Assembly (NCBI GenBank): GCA_030704615.1
Contig: CM060734.1
Coordinates: 25,420,001-25,484,000, forward strand
Source: Takakia lepidozioides
Taxonomy: Eukaryota; Plantae; Bryophyta
DNA: 64,000 bases
Direction of reading: 5' to 3'
Below the pieces are notes generated by a model that did not search any database, was not told the DNA's origin, and saw only the letters and a list, made by a program, of their open reading frames with translations. Below are positions 32,001 through 45,726 of the stretch, in pieces. How positions within the stretch are numbered: the stretch's first letter is position 1; each line of letters begins with the position of its first letter. The position numbers and the translations under genes were made by a program.

Positions 32001-35000
32001 CAAACCATATGTCATAGGTGTCTTCCACACCTGTGTTCTAAAATGCAGTCTATCTTAATTTCTCTTCTTGGTTACATGAAACTTACAACTAGAGGTGATG
32101 ATATCCTCAGAAAAGAGGAACCGAGTATTAATTGGTGGACCATGGGCTGCTTCCAAAAGCTGGAAAGCAGTTGTCTTTAGGGGGACCTCATTTAGTATGA
32201 GCTCTCTAAATTCAAGTGGGCAGCCTTCTCTGAACTGCATGGTTTGCTATAGCTGGACCAGCCATCACCATCATCTGTGTCGCTGCCACCACTGGAGAGA
32301 GAGCACCAGTCATCAGGAAGCTGGGGCACCATGGTTTGTATTCCATGTCACAGCTCTCCTCTTTTATCCTGCTGGAAATGCCTGTTAATGTTGTCAATTA
32401 TGGGTCAATTATCCACTGCCTCCCGGTGGAATCGAGTCCCTTACTTCTTTGTTTGAAAGCTTTCATCACTGAAGCTGTTTTAATGTTGTTAGTTTGTTGT
32501 CCATCTTGCACAGCGTTACTAAGGTTCTATGGAAGTTTACATGTATGGTCGCCCAAGAACAGTGGCAGGTATACAGGCAGTTCCGGTACAACGAGGGTAA
32601 CATTTCTTGTTTGGAGAAAATACATGGATCATGCTCACAATGATATTGGTTGATACTCTGTTGGTTGACTGTTGGAGAGCGGTATGCAGATCAGCAGGTT
32701 GAAGGTCTTATGTGAAGGTATTTTCAAGCTCAAGGCAGCCCGGCAGCGAGTCTTTTGGAAAGATCAGGTTGTATTTCAACTGGTGACCACCTCTTTTTCC
32801 AAGTGCTCCATAATTTGTAGAAAAGTACTGCTTACATTTCCTTGTGTTCAGTAGTTCTCAAAGCTACATGTGGTAGCACAGTAGCATTTGTATGTTCCCA
32901 TCTTGGTCGTTTAAGGATACCACCATTGCCGCTAGTACTGAGCCTACTAGGGACAAAAAGAACCATGAAACTGTGACCTTGCCAAGGCCGTGGTCCATTG
33001 CTCCAATAGTCAACAAGCATATGACACCTTTCCTACTTTACCAAGGGCATATACAATGCAGTATGTGTCAGATTACATTTGTATATACAATTAGCTAGCA
33101 AAACCTCAATGTTGACATCTCTAAACCTTTCTAAACCTTTCTCCATCTTCGAGAATCTCTCGTTGCAGTCTGCGAGCTGCTTGTTGCAGGGGCCAACTGT
33201 TTGACTCTCAAGCTGTTCAAGCTTCCTGTGGACTTTATAAGTTCCTTTCTTTCTTCCTCCCTCTCGGACGTTATAAAGTTCCATTTCATTTCATTTTCAT
33301 TTCTTCCTCCCTCTCTATCGGCCTGTAATCTGGATCAAATCAAGGCAACTACACACAAACATTTGCAAAATAAGGACTACATGGTGTCAGGACACTCCGC
33401 TGCCAGTTTCATTGGAAGACAATCTAGAAACTTGGCAGAGGTAGGGCTGGGGCCTGGCAAGGCTGTTATTGTGGATGAGGTAGAGGACTAGGAAGTCTCA
33501 CTGTTCATGTCCGATGTGCTGATAGAGCTTCGCTATGGTGTAATTCCATGATTAATTGAAGCATAATGCAAACGATATGCCTTCTATTTCTCAATTGTAT
33601 GGTAGGTAAATGCATTTTGCCACTATCGAGCTCTTCAGGTTGCAAGTCCGTCACTCATAGTAGTTGGGTACGCAGTCAATCATGGCATGGACTATCAAGA
33701 AGCTGTTTCAAGGAGAAATGTTCAAATGGAAGTTGGATGGCCGTGTATGGCCGACCCAAGTATAGAATCCAGAATTGCAAAACATTCTCGAAGTCCGGCA
33801 CTGTTACAATATCCAAGGATGACAATAAGCAGTTGCCATTAATCTCAGGCTGCTCAGGCTGCTATGCTCCCACTCATCAGAGCTACTGCATAGTAGTGCT
33901 TGTGAGATTGACTTTCCCACTACCCCTTATGATGACAAGGAAAATTCCCCGAGGTTCTCAACCTCATACTCAGGTCCAGAGGATGGCAGAGCTTTCAGAT
34001 CAAAAATTGCTACCGTAGTTGGCAGGCTGATCCGGCAGTGAAGTGCCGAATATTTATTTTCTTTACAACAAAACACTCCGGCATAACTTAAAGAAATTTC
34101 TAAATTTTACGGCAATGCCACGAGGAGATTCTAAGTAATTCGGCGGTGACTCCCAGCATGAACTTGCTCTATCTACTGTACCAGATGTGGTAAAAGAATT
34201 AGGTTTAGGTGGGTCGGTTAGGTTTAGAAAAGTGTCTGGTTATCACTGGGGTTAAGCCTGATTTGGGCATGTTTGGGCTCATTGCGTAGGTAATCGCGTC
34301 AGCTATGAGGTGGCATATTCCCAATTCGTCATTGGACCTGGCCCCAGCCACGTGGAACACCTAGAGTCCGCCACACTCGTGGTTTCAGCTACAGTGTCCC
34401 ACTTGCACCTATGCCAGGAACAGCCAATCTGCACCACACATGTCAAGAATATGAAGAAATATTCCTGAAACATAGATCAAATGGGACGTTTGCTGAGGCC
34501 AGTGGCCCATTTGCACCTGAATTATTTCATTACTTCATTTTGACTATGTGCCATAATTGGCATGCCACTATGCGCGATGTGAGTCGTGCTTATCCCATGC
34601 ACATGGGCAATGCCAATGCCATATCTAAAGATGGATGTATCTATGTACCATCACATGCTATGCACAATGCCAAATATGTCATAGTATGGCATATGTTATG
34701 AATGTACATACACTGAAATAAGTCTTAAAAAATTACTAAAATAATAGAATAATGAAAAAAATATGTAATTAGTTGAAATAAAACAATGTGTGTCATCTCT
34801 ATATATATGTATATTAGTTCCTTTGTGGCCAAATGATTTTTAATAATTGTAGAGTTTTTATATAGATATACGTAAAATCCCCATCTTATAGCAAGATAGT
34901 ATTGAAAGCAGGTAGGTATGGGTGACATGGGATTGACCTCAAAACCTCTCCCAAGGATAACGCTTTTGTAGGAACATGGAAGCCATACTCGTATAATAAA

Positions 35001-35822
35001 AATCACTATTTTCCTTTATTAAACCAGCCAATAAAGGGGAACTTCTTTTTGGGACAGCCAAAGGCCCAAAGCACATAAAAATTTGAAAAATACGATTTTA
35101 AGTACTGCCCTAAAGTGGGCAGAGTTTTGGTTAAGTATAGTACCTAAGGCCTGGCAATACGCTGTAGCCACGTACATACGGAGGTAATCGCAAAACACCT
35201 GCAATTTGAATTTGATTGTACTTTGATAAATGTCCGTATCTGCCATATCGTACGTGGCCAGATTCAAACGGCTGATCCGAATGTCTTCAATTAATCTATC
35301 TTCAACAACACGATACTACGTGATATCGTCTATCTTCAAGAACACGATACTACGTGATATTGCCGTTCTGGAGCGGGTCTAGAGCACCTTAGAAATGTCT
35401 TCATGGTCAGTGTAGTAGTTTCTAATTGCTATTAGAGGGCTTCACAATCAAGCGCATGTAGTGGTGGATCTAGTAATTTCAGTAGGGATCAATGGGTTGA
35501 TTCTAATACCACATACTGCTAAGGTGATTAGTGGATTCAATTCTGACTTACTTTGGCTTCCCTTGAAAACCAGGTATTTTTATTCCTAAGCGTAGCTTGG
35601 ATCAGCGATTGGGCGATCTTGCAGGCACTGTGTGAGCTTCTGATCGAGAGGGTAGGCAGAGGGCTGTTGTAGCCGCGTTGAGGTCAGCTCGATTCGAACT
35701 TTTGAAGAAACACACATGGCTCTGTTGCCAAACTGTTGATATCGGCTGTGCGTTAGCCCCGTGGAAATATGGGAGGGAAATTATACCTCTGCTACCTTCC
35801 AGCAGCATAAGGTGGTATTTTC

Positions 35823-36734
35823 CAGTGTTGGGCGGTTCTTGCATTTGTGAAGGAACCTTCGGTTCCGGTTCCAAAATTATTTCAAGAGACGGTTCCGGAT
35901 CCGGTTCCGGTTTTTTTTTATTGAGCCGGTTCCGGTCCGGTTCCGGATCCAACTTTTAAACATGGGGGCGGTTCCGGTTACCGGTTAGTTGCTGATAAAA
36001 ACCATCGGTTCCGGTTAGGTTCCGGTTCTATTTTAAAAATATATTTGTTTAATTTAATTAGATTTAAAATATTTTATCGGTCCGGTAGATTAAATAGCAG
36101 TGTATTCACATATTTGAACTAAAATCCAACGATTTTGTTAGTTTTCACTAACACAAAAAAAACAAACAAAAATACTCTAAATAAATTGGTAGAAGAAAAT
36201 GGGTAAAATTTTATGGGTTGAAAGTACTATTCAGCTACCTGGCAAGTATTGGCATCTTCAAACATTTTATTAATGAACTTAGCCAGGATATCATGGAGCT
36301 GGAGATTGAACCCAAGATCTCATGGCGCTGAAGCATTGAACATAGAATCTCATGGCCTTCAAGCATTGAACCCAGGATCTCAGGAGCTTAAGAGCATTCA
36401 ATAAGTTTTTCCCTGGGCCCACCAGCCCCACCAAGGGGTCAAGAACCAAGAACCGGACTTAGAAGCTCTTTGGTAGGTACTAGAGACATTTAGGGCTACA
36501 GCCCACGGGTGGACCGGAACCGGAACCGGAACCGCTTTGGAGCTGGAACCGCCGGTTCCCACACATGTGGTCGTAGCTAGAACCGCCGGTTCCGGTTCCC
36601 ACACAATCCCCAATGAGCGGTTCCGGTTCCGGTTCCGGTTCTGCACAGGCGGGTCCGGTTCCGGTCCGGTTCCACATAACCGGAACCGGAACCAGCGGTT
36701 ACCCGGGGCCCAGGCGGGTAACCGCCCAACACTG
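35823..36734. mobile_element. Non-autonomous hAT element, 912 bp, with GGTTCC/GGAACC subterminal repeats
   Basis: TIR cagtgttgggcggtt / aaccgcccaacactg; perfect 8-bp TSD gtattttc at 35815-35822 and 36735-36742; arrays of ccggtt motifs at both ends. Confidence 0.94.
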
Positions 36735-37836
36735 GTATTTTCCTTGCCCTTCTCTCTACCTCTTTTCATTCCACGCACGATTGGATGTTAAGTTTATTAT
36801 TAGGGTGTACACCTACCTCAAAAATCAGCTCAGACAATGTATCAGGGGTTATGCGATGCACGTTCCCTTCTTGAAATCGAAATCGAGTCTCATTTGTCTC
36901 TAGAAGTGTCTATTCAATGTTCTCATATGGTGGCAGTGGATAAGCCAGGGTCTGGTTGAGAAACTGATGGTCAACTCGTGGTTTTGGAAGCTGGGGCTTT
37001 GGAGGTTAGTTGATTCTTTGGCCAGTCTTTCACATTCAATGAAATTAAGTCACCATCAGTCAGAATGGTGTATGGGGGAAAGATGTGAATCCTATGGTAA
37101 TTGATCTCTCTCTCACATGCGTGCTCTCTCCAGCAAAAGTACTTTTTTACAAAATGTTTTTTTCTTGGTTGTGATAGGTGAGCGTCCTTCACTTGTGAAA
37201 CAAGTTGCTGAGTTCCTCCTGCCATTATTGCAGGAGCACCGCTTCAGACCTTGGGCCTTGGTGCAGGTAAACTTGGCTGCTTCACTTCTGTCTCGCCAGT
37301 TTGATAGGCAATTGTGAGTTTTGGGAGTTTTGAGAATACCAAATCTTCCACCAAACATGGGAATTCTTGACAAAGCTGATGTTCTCACGGTGTTGGTTCG
37401 TTGACCGGCACACTAATGGAGCCATTCTATGTGGTGTCCATGAAGAAAACTTTGAAGCTTGCATGTTGTTGGCATGCTCTGAGGTGTTGTTGATATATGT
37501 AGCTTGCTTTCAAAGTACACCCAGTACTAGTCATGCCTATCCCTATTTTACGAATATAAAAAATTATGAATACATGATCCAATATAATTGTTTTCTCAAC
37601 TATGTTATATGATCCTTCATGTTCGTGAAACAGGTGAAGTATCAAGAGGTCCTGACATTTGCCATGTTTATCCAAGGTATGCAACATTTGGCTAGCATAT
37701 TCTCTCATGGTAATATCTTATGTTTCATGAATTGTAGTAATTTAAGGCTAAATTCAGAATTTTATATAGATTATTTACTAGTGTTGTTTGCATGGTATAG
37801 ATTGAACACCATAAATATGCGTGCAGGTGCATAGAC

Positions 37837-39481
37837 ATGGAGGAGTCTATCCCAGAAAGCCCAACATCGTTAAGTCTTATGAAAACAGTGGACCGAGGAC
37901 TTGATTATGGTTATACTTTCAGCCAGATCGCTGAAAGCTTGAGCATGCACAGAAATGTCCTGCGGAGAAAACTAGTCAAAGGTGGTTGGACGGGGGTAAA
38001 ACCAAAACTTACTAATTTACAAGTTTAAGAGCTCATAAAGACTTATGTGCCAATGGAGAAGAGTGGTGCAAATTGGGGCATCCGTCTCATCCAAGCAGTC
38101 TTGAGAGCACACCATCATCGAATATCACGAGAACAAGTGCGGAACGCATTACATGTCTTAGCACCACAACATCTGAACCGAAGACGTTTGGTGTGGATGG
38201 CCCGGGGCCAATACAACGTGGTTAAGTCAATGCGCCTATGGCACATTGATTGTAAGTACTCATCACATATATAGATCTATACTTAGAATTTTTTTTGTGA
38301 ACTTCTCATGTAACCAATGCAAGTGAGAATTTAGAGGAGGAAAGATTACGATGAATGTAATGATATTAATCTATTTGTAGATATGAATGTCACCATTACT
38401 TTATGAAACTTTGTGTAACTGATAAATCACAGCCTACGACAAGCTCGCTATGTGGGGTTTTCGTGTGCATGGTGGCATAGATGGTGCATCGCACTTTGTA
38501 TTATGGGCAAGAGTTGCTACTGACAAAAGGGCGGAGACCATTTTCGAAGGCTACCGGGAAGCTGTAGATCAATATGGTCATCCAAAGAACATAAGATCTG
38601 ATTTTGCAGTTGAGCATGGTCTAATCAAGCAAGACTTGGAAAGTGCTTGGCCTCAAGCAAGAAAGACACCATTCATTATAGGCCCCTCGGTACATAATCA
38701 GGTCTACAATACTAAACCTTCTGTTGTACATTTTTTGTGACACTCCTAATTGAACCAGATCGAACTTCAATTCATCAATGTGTATATTTGTTGTTTGACT
38801 AGAACAACAATAGATACATAAATGAAATAATATTTCGGATTGTAACAATGTGTAGAGGATCGAACATTTTTGGCGATTTATGTGGGAGAAATGCATGTGG
38901 TTCTATAAACGGCTATTTGAGATCATGGCTCACAGAGGCATTTTGGACATTTCTAATGATATTCACCATGGATCTTTGGTAGTTGTCTTTCTACCAATTA
39001 TGCAACAAGCTGTGGACGAATGGGTTCTTGCATGGAATTACCATCGTGTGCGATCAGTGTATGGGAGAGGTCGTAATATTGAAGGGCATATTCCTATTGC
39101 AATGTTCAGAGCATAAGAACGAGAGAAAAGGTAAAAATCGGTAATCTCACATAATCCATTACCAAATTATATAATTTGTAGGGAGTTTTGACAAGTTGTT
39201 TACAAATGGCTAAGTCAACCACACTTTTTTTGTGTAGGGAAATTGTAGACGAGGACGACACAGATGAGGAAGACTTAGGTGAACCGGACGAATTTTTCCC
39301 ATCTCAAAATCCAAATCTGGCCGACCCTACAAGCCAAGTTCCTTTTGATCTAACAGAAGGTCATATATCTTCGGAATCGAGAGAAATGTCTCGACCACAA
39401 GCTTATCTTTGGGAAGCAGCACGGGTTGGTGGAACTGATTATGAGTTGTCAATGAGGCCTCGACTGTCGGAAAACAATCAG
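37837..39481 (+). mobile_element. Intron-containing IS3EU-type DDE transposase (pseudogenised)
   Basis: N-terminal HTH (TFSQIAESLSMHRNVLRRKL), GIRLIQAVLR..RISREQVR, LWHID|..DKL.MWGFRVHGGIDGASH, YGHPKNIRSD, GPSVHNQ|RIEHFWR and WNYHRVR. GT-AG introns at ~38252-38432, 38702-38855 and 39131-39237; TAA stops at 38026 and 39114. Confidence 0.8.
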
Positions 39482-42224
39482 GTCAGACTCATTGTAATTT
39501 CATGTTGATTCAAATTATTACATGATAAATGACCTACGATTGCAGATATTAAAAATCATTATTACAAATGGATTTGGAATGATTGAGCCGGGAGTGTAGT
39601 AGGCCAAGCTGGTGTCGAGCATCACCTGCAGCCACCTGGTTGTTGCTTGTAGTTGCTTGTCTCGGCTGACTTAACTGCCTGCATCCATGCTCACATGTCA
39701 GTATTCAATACTTAAGGATTAATAGATAAGCTTAGAAGCTGAACGTGATTATAGAGAGACGATGAGCTTGGTTTTTATAAGTAATTAAATCAGGCCTGCA
39801 AGTACAAAATTTTGCAACTATGAAAATCTTACATGGGCGAGCAAAACTATCCGCCCCTATCATCTAGCAAAGTTTGAGAACCCGTAAAGGACTTAGGTTC
39901 ATCTTATGAATTCACTTAGAACTAGCTGTAACGAGTTCTTCTCATGTATAATATGTTTCAGTGGGTGTCCCAGAGAATAGCGCTACAAAATCTATAATTT
40001 ATAAGCTGGATATGGGAAAACCACCAGGTACCCTTTCATAGCATTCGACACTCTTCTGAAGCTCCCCAACCTGTTTTGCCCCCTCTCCACAAGTTATGTG
40101 AATCTGAAAGTTTGCCAATGAAAGTCATGTACTGCTTCAGCATGTCAAAACATAATGGGAAAAACTTCATGTCTAGCATGTCAGTTTTTCAGATCTATAA
40201 TATCAAAATGCAATTTGATTATTTGGTATGTTGTGGGTAAGTGCAGGTAATATCAAACATTCGGGATATTGCCTACGATCTCGAATCCTCATCATTTGAA
40301 CCTGACGAGAACAAGTATATCTTCCACGTAGCGTTGACAATAGTGTCTCGATGCTCCAGGTAGATCTATTTTGGCAATACATTGGTGGACCAAATGGATC
40401 GGACACTCTTAATGAATACAGTCTTGGAACTCAGGCTCACATGAAGTCAGAATGTTTTCGTTGGCTTATACTAGCCATACTAAAAGACAAGGAGCAAATG
40501 GAGGTTTGAAAACATAATGGTTATTACAGCATTTAATCACCAAAGTGAGATAGATAAACTATGTTTTTTTTTTAAATGTTTTTTTTTTTGGCTATTTACA
40601 AAACAATTTTGCGAAGTATTTTGATGGTTTTTTTCCTTTTTTCTATTTTTTGGGGGTTTCCAGCCCCAACAACTGGCCGTATTTTTTGTGATGGTTATGT
40701 AAAATGTATAATTTCCATATCAATTGAATTTTTCAATTGTGTGTGACATAGACGAAATATAGGGCTAAATAATCATGCACCTCTCTAAAAATGATAGCTT
40801 TTCATTCATAATATTTCTAGCCACATTGAAGGGACATTGAGTACCAAATCACTGCATTTCTCCACACATTCAAACTTCTCTAATCTTAACATATTTGTTG
40901 TTAATTTCACTCTCAAATTTCCGATACTATGGAAAAATATTTAGTGTTTTTATAAAAAAAAAATCCAACAAAATAATAAGAAGAATTCAGCTTACATTGG
41001 GAGAATAAGACTTCAAGAATTATCTTAATGTTGAAGAGCTTTAAACTTAAACATCAAATTGTGTATAACGTGAGCATGTTTTGTCTGTAACTGTGTAGAA
41101 ATACTAGGTGGAAGAAACCAATAGAAAACTTGAAAGGACATATGTACTTTATAGGGTTCCTAGAATGTGAGATCAAAATATATTTACAATTGTCCCTTAT
41201 CCCTATTTACAAAGAGCTTATAAGTATTAGTGGGAGTAATACATAACTTTTATACATTATTTTCCCCATGTCTCATTATGGGACCTGAGAGAGTGTTTTT
41301 TCTAAGAAATTTGGAAAACAGCACGAGTGGCTACAGAGTTCTGCAAAAAATAGTGGTAAATTCTGTTCATCCACTAAAATTCATCCACCTATGTACTTTC
41401 ATCCATTCATATATTCCATATTTGGCAAGGACATCCATAATATAATTTTTTATTTGGACAAATTTTGCTATTTCATGCATGAAAAAACAGGGAATTTGCG
41501 ACTGAAAATTCCATTTTATTTGCTGAGGTCAGAATCTGGCGAAAATTCGCCAATTAAAAAAAACGCTGCTGAGAGATAGTTCCTTTATAGAAATGTGAAA
41601 GGCTGTAGTAGTGAACTATGTACTAGTTGGGAATTAATTCTATGTAGGCATTTATAATTACATGTTTAAAAGTTTTAAATTGAAAAATGCTTATAAACTA
41701 TGTAGATTTGGAATTTTTTTAATGATATAATATTGAGATCAACAAAAACAGACAATTTGATGTGATGAAGTTCACAATTTCATCTTATGAGATCGTGAAA
41801 TTGATTATCAGATATCGAAATTGATCTAATGAAGCTGCCAATTTTGAAATTGACAATCTCACTTCTAAATTGAGATTACTTAAATTTAAAATGATCATTC
41901 AACTTTATTATAGTATCCTTTTTTCACGTATTAATTGATACTAGGTATTATATACTACATATGTGATTGAAAAATATATTACTTCGCCCTTTTATAGTCT
42001 TAGAAGCTATTCCACATTCTATTCAAGATTTGAGACATATCTAAATAGTAATGTATAAGCATGTAGTTTATTTTATATTATGTTTTAAACATAACGATTT
42101 TCAATATCGCAAGTTAAAGGATGTAATATAAAAACTATGATCTATATTAAAATATATATTTCAAAATAACAACCCTAAAAATCCATCTCAAAATTAGAAT
42201 CCCATAATACCTATCTAAATTTAG

Positions 42225-42416
42225 CAATCCTATCCACCTCAAAACAAAAACCCTACAATATCCAAGTCAAAATAGCAACCCCAAAATGCCAACCTTATAA
42301 CTTCTCTTAATAAATAAATTGACAATGAATTACATCACATGAACTAACATAAATAGAGTATGGTAAACTATCTAAAATAAAATGTGGAATTGTCAAAGGG
42401 GCAATTCAACTGTTAA
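42225..42416 (+). repeat. ~190-bp direct repeat, copy 1
   Basis: caatcctatccacctcaaaac...gtggaattgtc..caattcaa.tgttaa is near-identical to 45520-45726. Confidence 0.9.
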
Positions 42417-43089
42417 ATTGTATACCTACAAGAAGCCTGTTGTACCATAATTTAGCCCAAATAAAAGATGTTGAGAATTGATTGCCACCAAATATGTCAC
42501 ATAGGTATCACAAGTATAAGAAAAAATAGATGTCCTATATGTATCTGACAAATGTCGATTTCTTCTTGGTTTCTTAGTAATATTATGAGATCTTGTAGTT
42601 TTACTATAAGATCTATGAGATTTATAAGTCTTACTATAAGATTTATAAGACTTGTAATTAGTATTATCTTACCATTATCATTATCAAGACCTTACAATTA
42701 CATGTACACGATATTATGACAACATATCAAAATTTGAACCAGGTTTACAAGCACGTCAAATCACTTGTGGTAAAATGTATTACTCTAACGGGATCTCTCT
42801 AGTTGGAGTGCTTTTTCGTTTGGAGTGCTTTTTCGTTTGGAGCTCTAAAAAACAATCTCAACAAATTTATTTACTATAAGGTGTTTGATGATGTTGTTGC
42901 CCGTATAGCTGATTTCCTTACAAATCTTTTTGCTATTCCCATGCCAATAACATTAGGTCCTCTGAGACTGCCATATTGTGAATTTTGTATCAGCCACCAC
43001 CAACATGAAACGGCCATCAGCTGCATATCAGTTAAGAACCAAATCTTCAATTCATTCTCTTCTTGCCTCCCTCTTTCCTTCATGCTTGT

Positions 43090-45519
43090 TTTCAAACTTC
43101 CAGTATGCTCTACATACCATCTGACATATGTTGTATAAATATGACATAAATCAAAATTAATTAAATGATGAAACAAAACGTTCCCTATTTAAATGATTTT
43201 CTTTTCTTTTCAAACTTTGCTGGTATGTTCTTTTCAAACTTTGACAGATCATGGACAAATATGGGATCAAACAAACTGATTCACAGGTGGAACGAACCGA
43301 TCTTCATTTAAACGGTTTTTCTTCTTTTCAAACTTGGCCAATATGTTCTACATACCCTCCGACGGGTCTTGCACAAGTATGCGATCAATCAAAATTGATT
43401 CCAAGGGTGAACAAATTGATGCCCACCCAAATGATTTTATCTTGTTATCAAACTTGACGAATATGTTCTACATACCCTCTGACAAGTCTTGGACAAGTAT
43501 GGACTCAATCAAAATTGATTGAAAGATGGAACTAACCATTTCCCATTTAAATGATTTTATCTTCTTTTCAAACTTTGCCAGTATGTTCTACATACCCTCT
43601 GACAGGTCCTGGACAAGTATGGGATCAATGGAAATTGATTCAAAGTTGGAGCCATCCGTTCTTCATTTTAACGATTTTATCTTCTTTTCAAACTTGGCCA
43701 GTATGTTTTGCATACCCTCTCATAGATCCTGGACAAGTATGGGCCAGATCAAAATTTCTTCAAATGCGGACCACAACGTTCCACATTCAAATGATTTTAT
43801 CTTCTTATATTCAAACTTGGTAAAGTGTTATACATACCCTCTGACAAGTCATGGACAAGTATGGGATCAATCAAAATCGATTCAAAGGTGGAACCAACCG
43901 TTTGCCCTCCAAATGATTTAATCCTCTTTTTAAACTTTGCCAGTATGTTCTACATACCCTCTAACAAGTCCTGGACAAGTATGGGATCATTCAAAGGTGG
44001 AACCAACCGTTTGTCATCCAAATGATTTTATCTTCTTTTCAAACTTTGCCAGTATGTCTACATACCCGCTGATAGGTCCTAGACAAGTATGCGATCAATC
44101 CGAATTGATACAAAGATAGAACAAACCCTTCTGTATTTAAATGATTCTACCTTCTTTCAAACTTGGCCAATTTGTCATACATACCCTCTAATAGGTCCTG
44201 GACAAGTATGGGATCAATTAAAATTAATTCAAATGTGGAACCCTCCGTTCCCCATTTAAATGATTTTATACTTTTCAAACTTTGCCAGTGCGTTCTACAT
44301 ATCCCCTGACAGGTCCTGGACAAGTATGGGCTCAATGGAAATTGATTCAAAGGTAGAACAAACCATTCCCCATTTAATGATTTTATCTTATTTTCAAACT
44401 TTGCCAGTATATTCTCGTACCCTCTCACAAATCCTGGACAAGTATGGGCTCAATCAAAATTGATTCAAAGGTTCACTGCTCCGTTCCTTACTCAAATGTA
44501 GTTATCTTCTTTTCAAACTTGGTGAGTATGTACATACCCCTTGACAAGTCCTGGATAGGTATGGGATCACTCAAAATTGATTCAAAAGGCGAAGAATTCT
44601 TCGCCATCCACATGATTTTATTTTATTTTGAAAGTTACCTAACATGACATACTCTCTAACAGGTCATGGACAAAATGATGGGATCAATGTTATGAAATTC
44701 AAATTGTTCCCCGTACAAATGATTTTATCTTATTTTCAAACTTGCCCAGTATGTTATTTACATATCCTCTGAGAGGTCCTGGACAAGTTTGAGATCAATC
44801 AAAATTGATTCAAAGGTGGAACCCTCCGTTCCCCATTTAAATGATTGTTCGCCATCCAAATGATTCCTCTTCTTTTTTAAACTTGTCAGTATGTTATACA
44901 TACCCTCTGATGGGTCGTGGACAAATATGGGATCAATCAGAATTGATACAAAGGTAGAACAAACCTTTTCCCATCCAAATGATTTTATCTTCTTTATAAA
45001 CTTGGCCGATATGTTCTACACACTGTCTCACAGATCCTGGACAAGTATGAGATCAATCAAAATTGATTCAAAGGTGGAACCCTCCATTCCCCATTTAAAC
45101 GATTTTATATTCTTTTCAAACTTTGTTAGTATGTTCTACATAGCCTCTCATATAGGTCTTAGACAAGTATGACCTAATGAGAATTGATTCAAAGGAGGAA
45201 CGAATTGTTCCCCATTTAAATGATTTTAGCTTTTCAAACTTGGCCAGTGATATGTTACACACCCTCTCACAGATCCTGGACAAGTATAGGCTCGACCAAA
45301 ATTGATTTTAAACTGGACCACACCGTTCCCCATTCAAATGATTTATCCTATTTTCAAGTATGGCCAGTACGTTCTACATACCCTCTCACATATCCTGGAC
45401 AAGTATGGGCTGGATCGAAATTGATTCAAAAGTAGAACAAACCGTTTCCCATTTAAATGATTTTATCTTCTTTTCAAACTTGGCGAGTATGTTCTACATA
45501 CCCTCTCACAGATCCTGGA
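43090..45519 (+). repeat. Degenerate ~120-bp satellite, ~20 copies
   Basis: The monomer aaatgattttatcttcttttcaaactttgccagtatgttctacataccctctgacaggtcctggacaagtatgggatcaatcaaaattgattcaaaggtggaac... recurs at ~43191, 43310, 43429, 43549, 43669, 43789, 43911 and onward. Confidence 0.95.
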
Positions 45520-45726
45520 CAATCCTATCCACCTCAAAACAAAACCCTACAATATCCAAGTCAAAATATCAACCCCAAAATACCAACCTTATAACTTCTC
45601 TTTAATAAATAAATTGACAATGAATTACATCACATGAACTAACATAAATATGAGTATGGTAAACTATCTAAAAACAAATGTGGAATTGTCTACTTCAAGG
45701 ATTCAAAGGGACAATTCAATTGTTAA
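45520..45726 (+). repeat. ~190-bp direct repeat, copy 2
   Basis: Matches 42225-42416, with a short insertion near its 3' end. Confidence 0.9.

Larger units (their letters stand above)
19504..33491 (+). pseudogene. TBCE: Tubulin-folding cofactor E (CAP-Gly + LRR + ubiquitin-like), ~15 exons, with an in-frame stop and several frameshifts
   Basis: Approximate exons: 19504-19816 (GTV.FAG..GVWIGVDWDNGQGRHNG), 26564-26735 (DMYIVS..VELVG), 27043-27090 (ELDLTGNLL), 27419-27568, 27912-27982, 28482-28610 (LNLEDN), 29174-29300, 29430-29487, 29603-29709 (VRLSENP..IARIGKL..LNGS), 30327-30350 (RERRD), 31181-31249 (YVR..HPR), 31622-31716, 32513-32568, 32689-32767 (LKVLCE..FKL) and 33390-33491. Confidence 0.88.

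Noticed and set aside
35296-35361. ~32-bp tandem duplication (ctatcttcaa.aacacgatactacgtgatat x2)
   Set aside because: A simple local duplication with nothing supporting a function.
35602-36903. EPEP/GSGS/RNRN low-complexity ORFs
   Set aside because: They are translations of the GGTTCC subterminal repeats of the hAT element.
37117-37460. Coding-like stretch upstream of the IS3EU transposase
   Set aside because: It contains stops and no motif I can recognise.
43090-45519. 120-bp repeat as a 5S rRNA array
   Set aside because: Only the length matches. There is no 5S sequence, the repeat is AT-rich, and there are no spacers.
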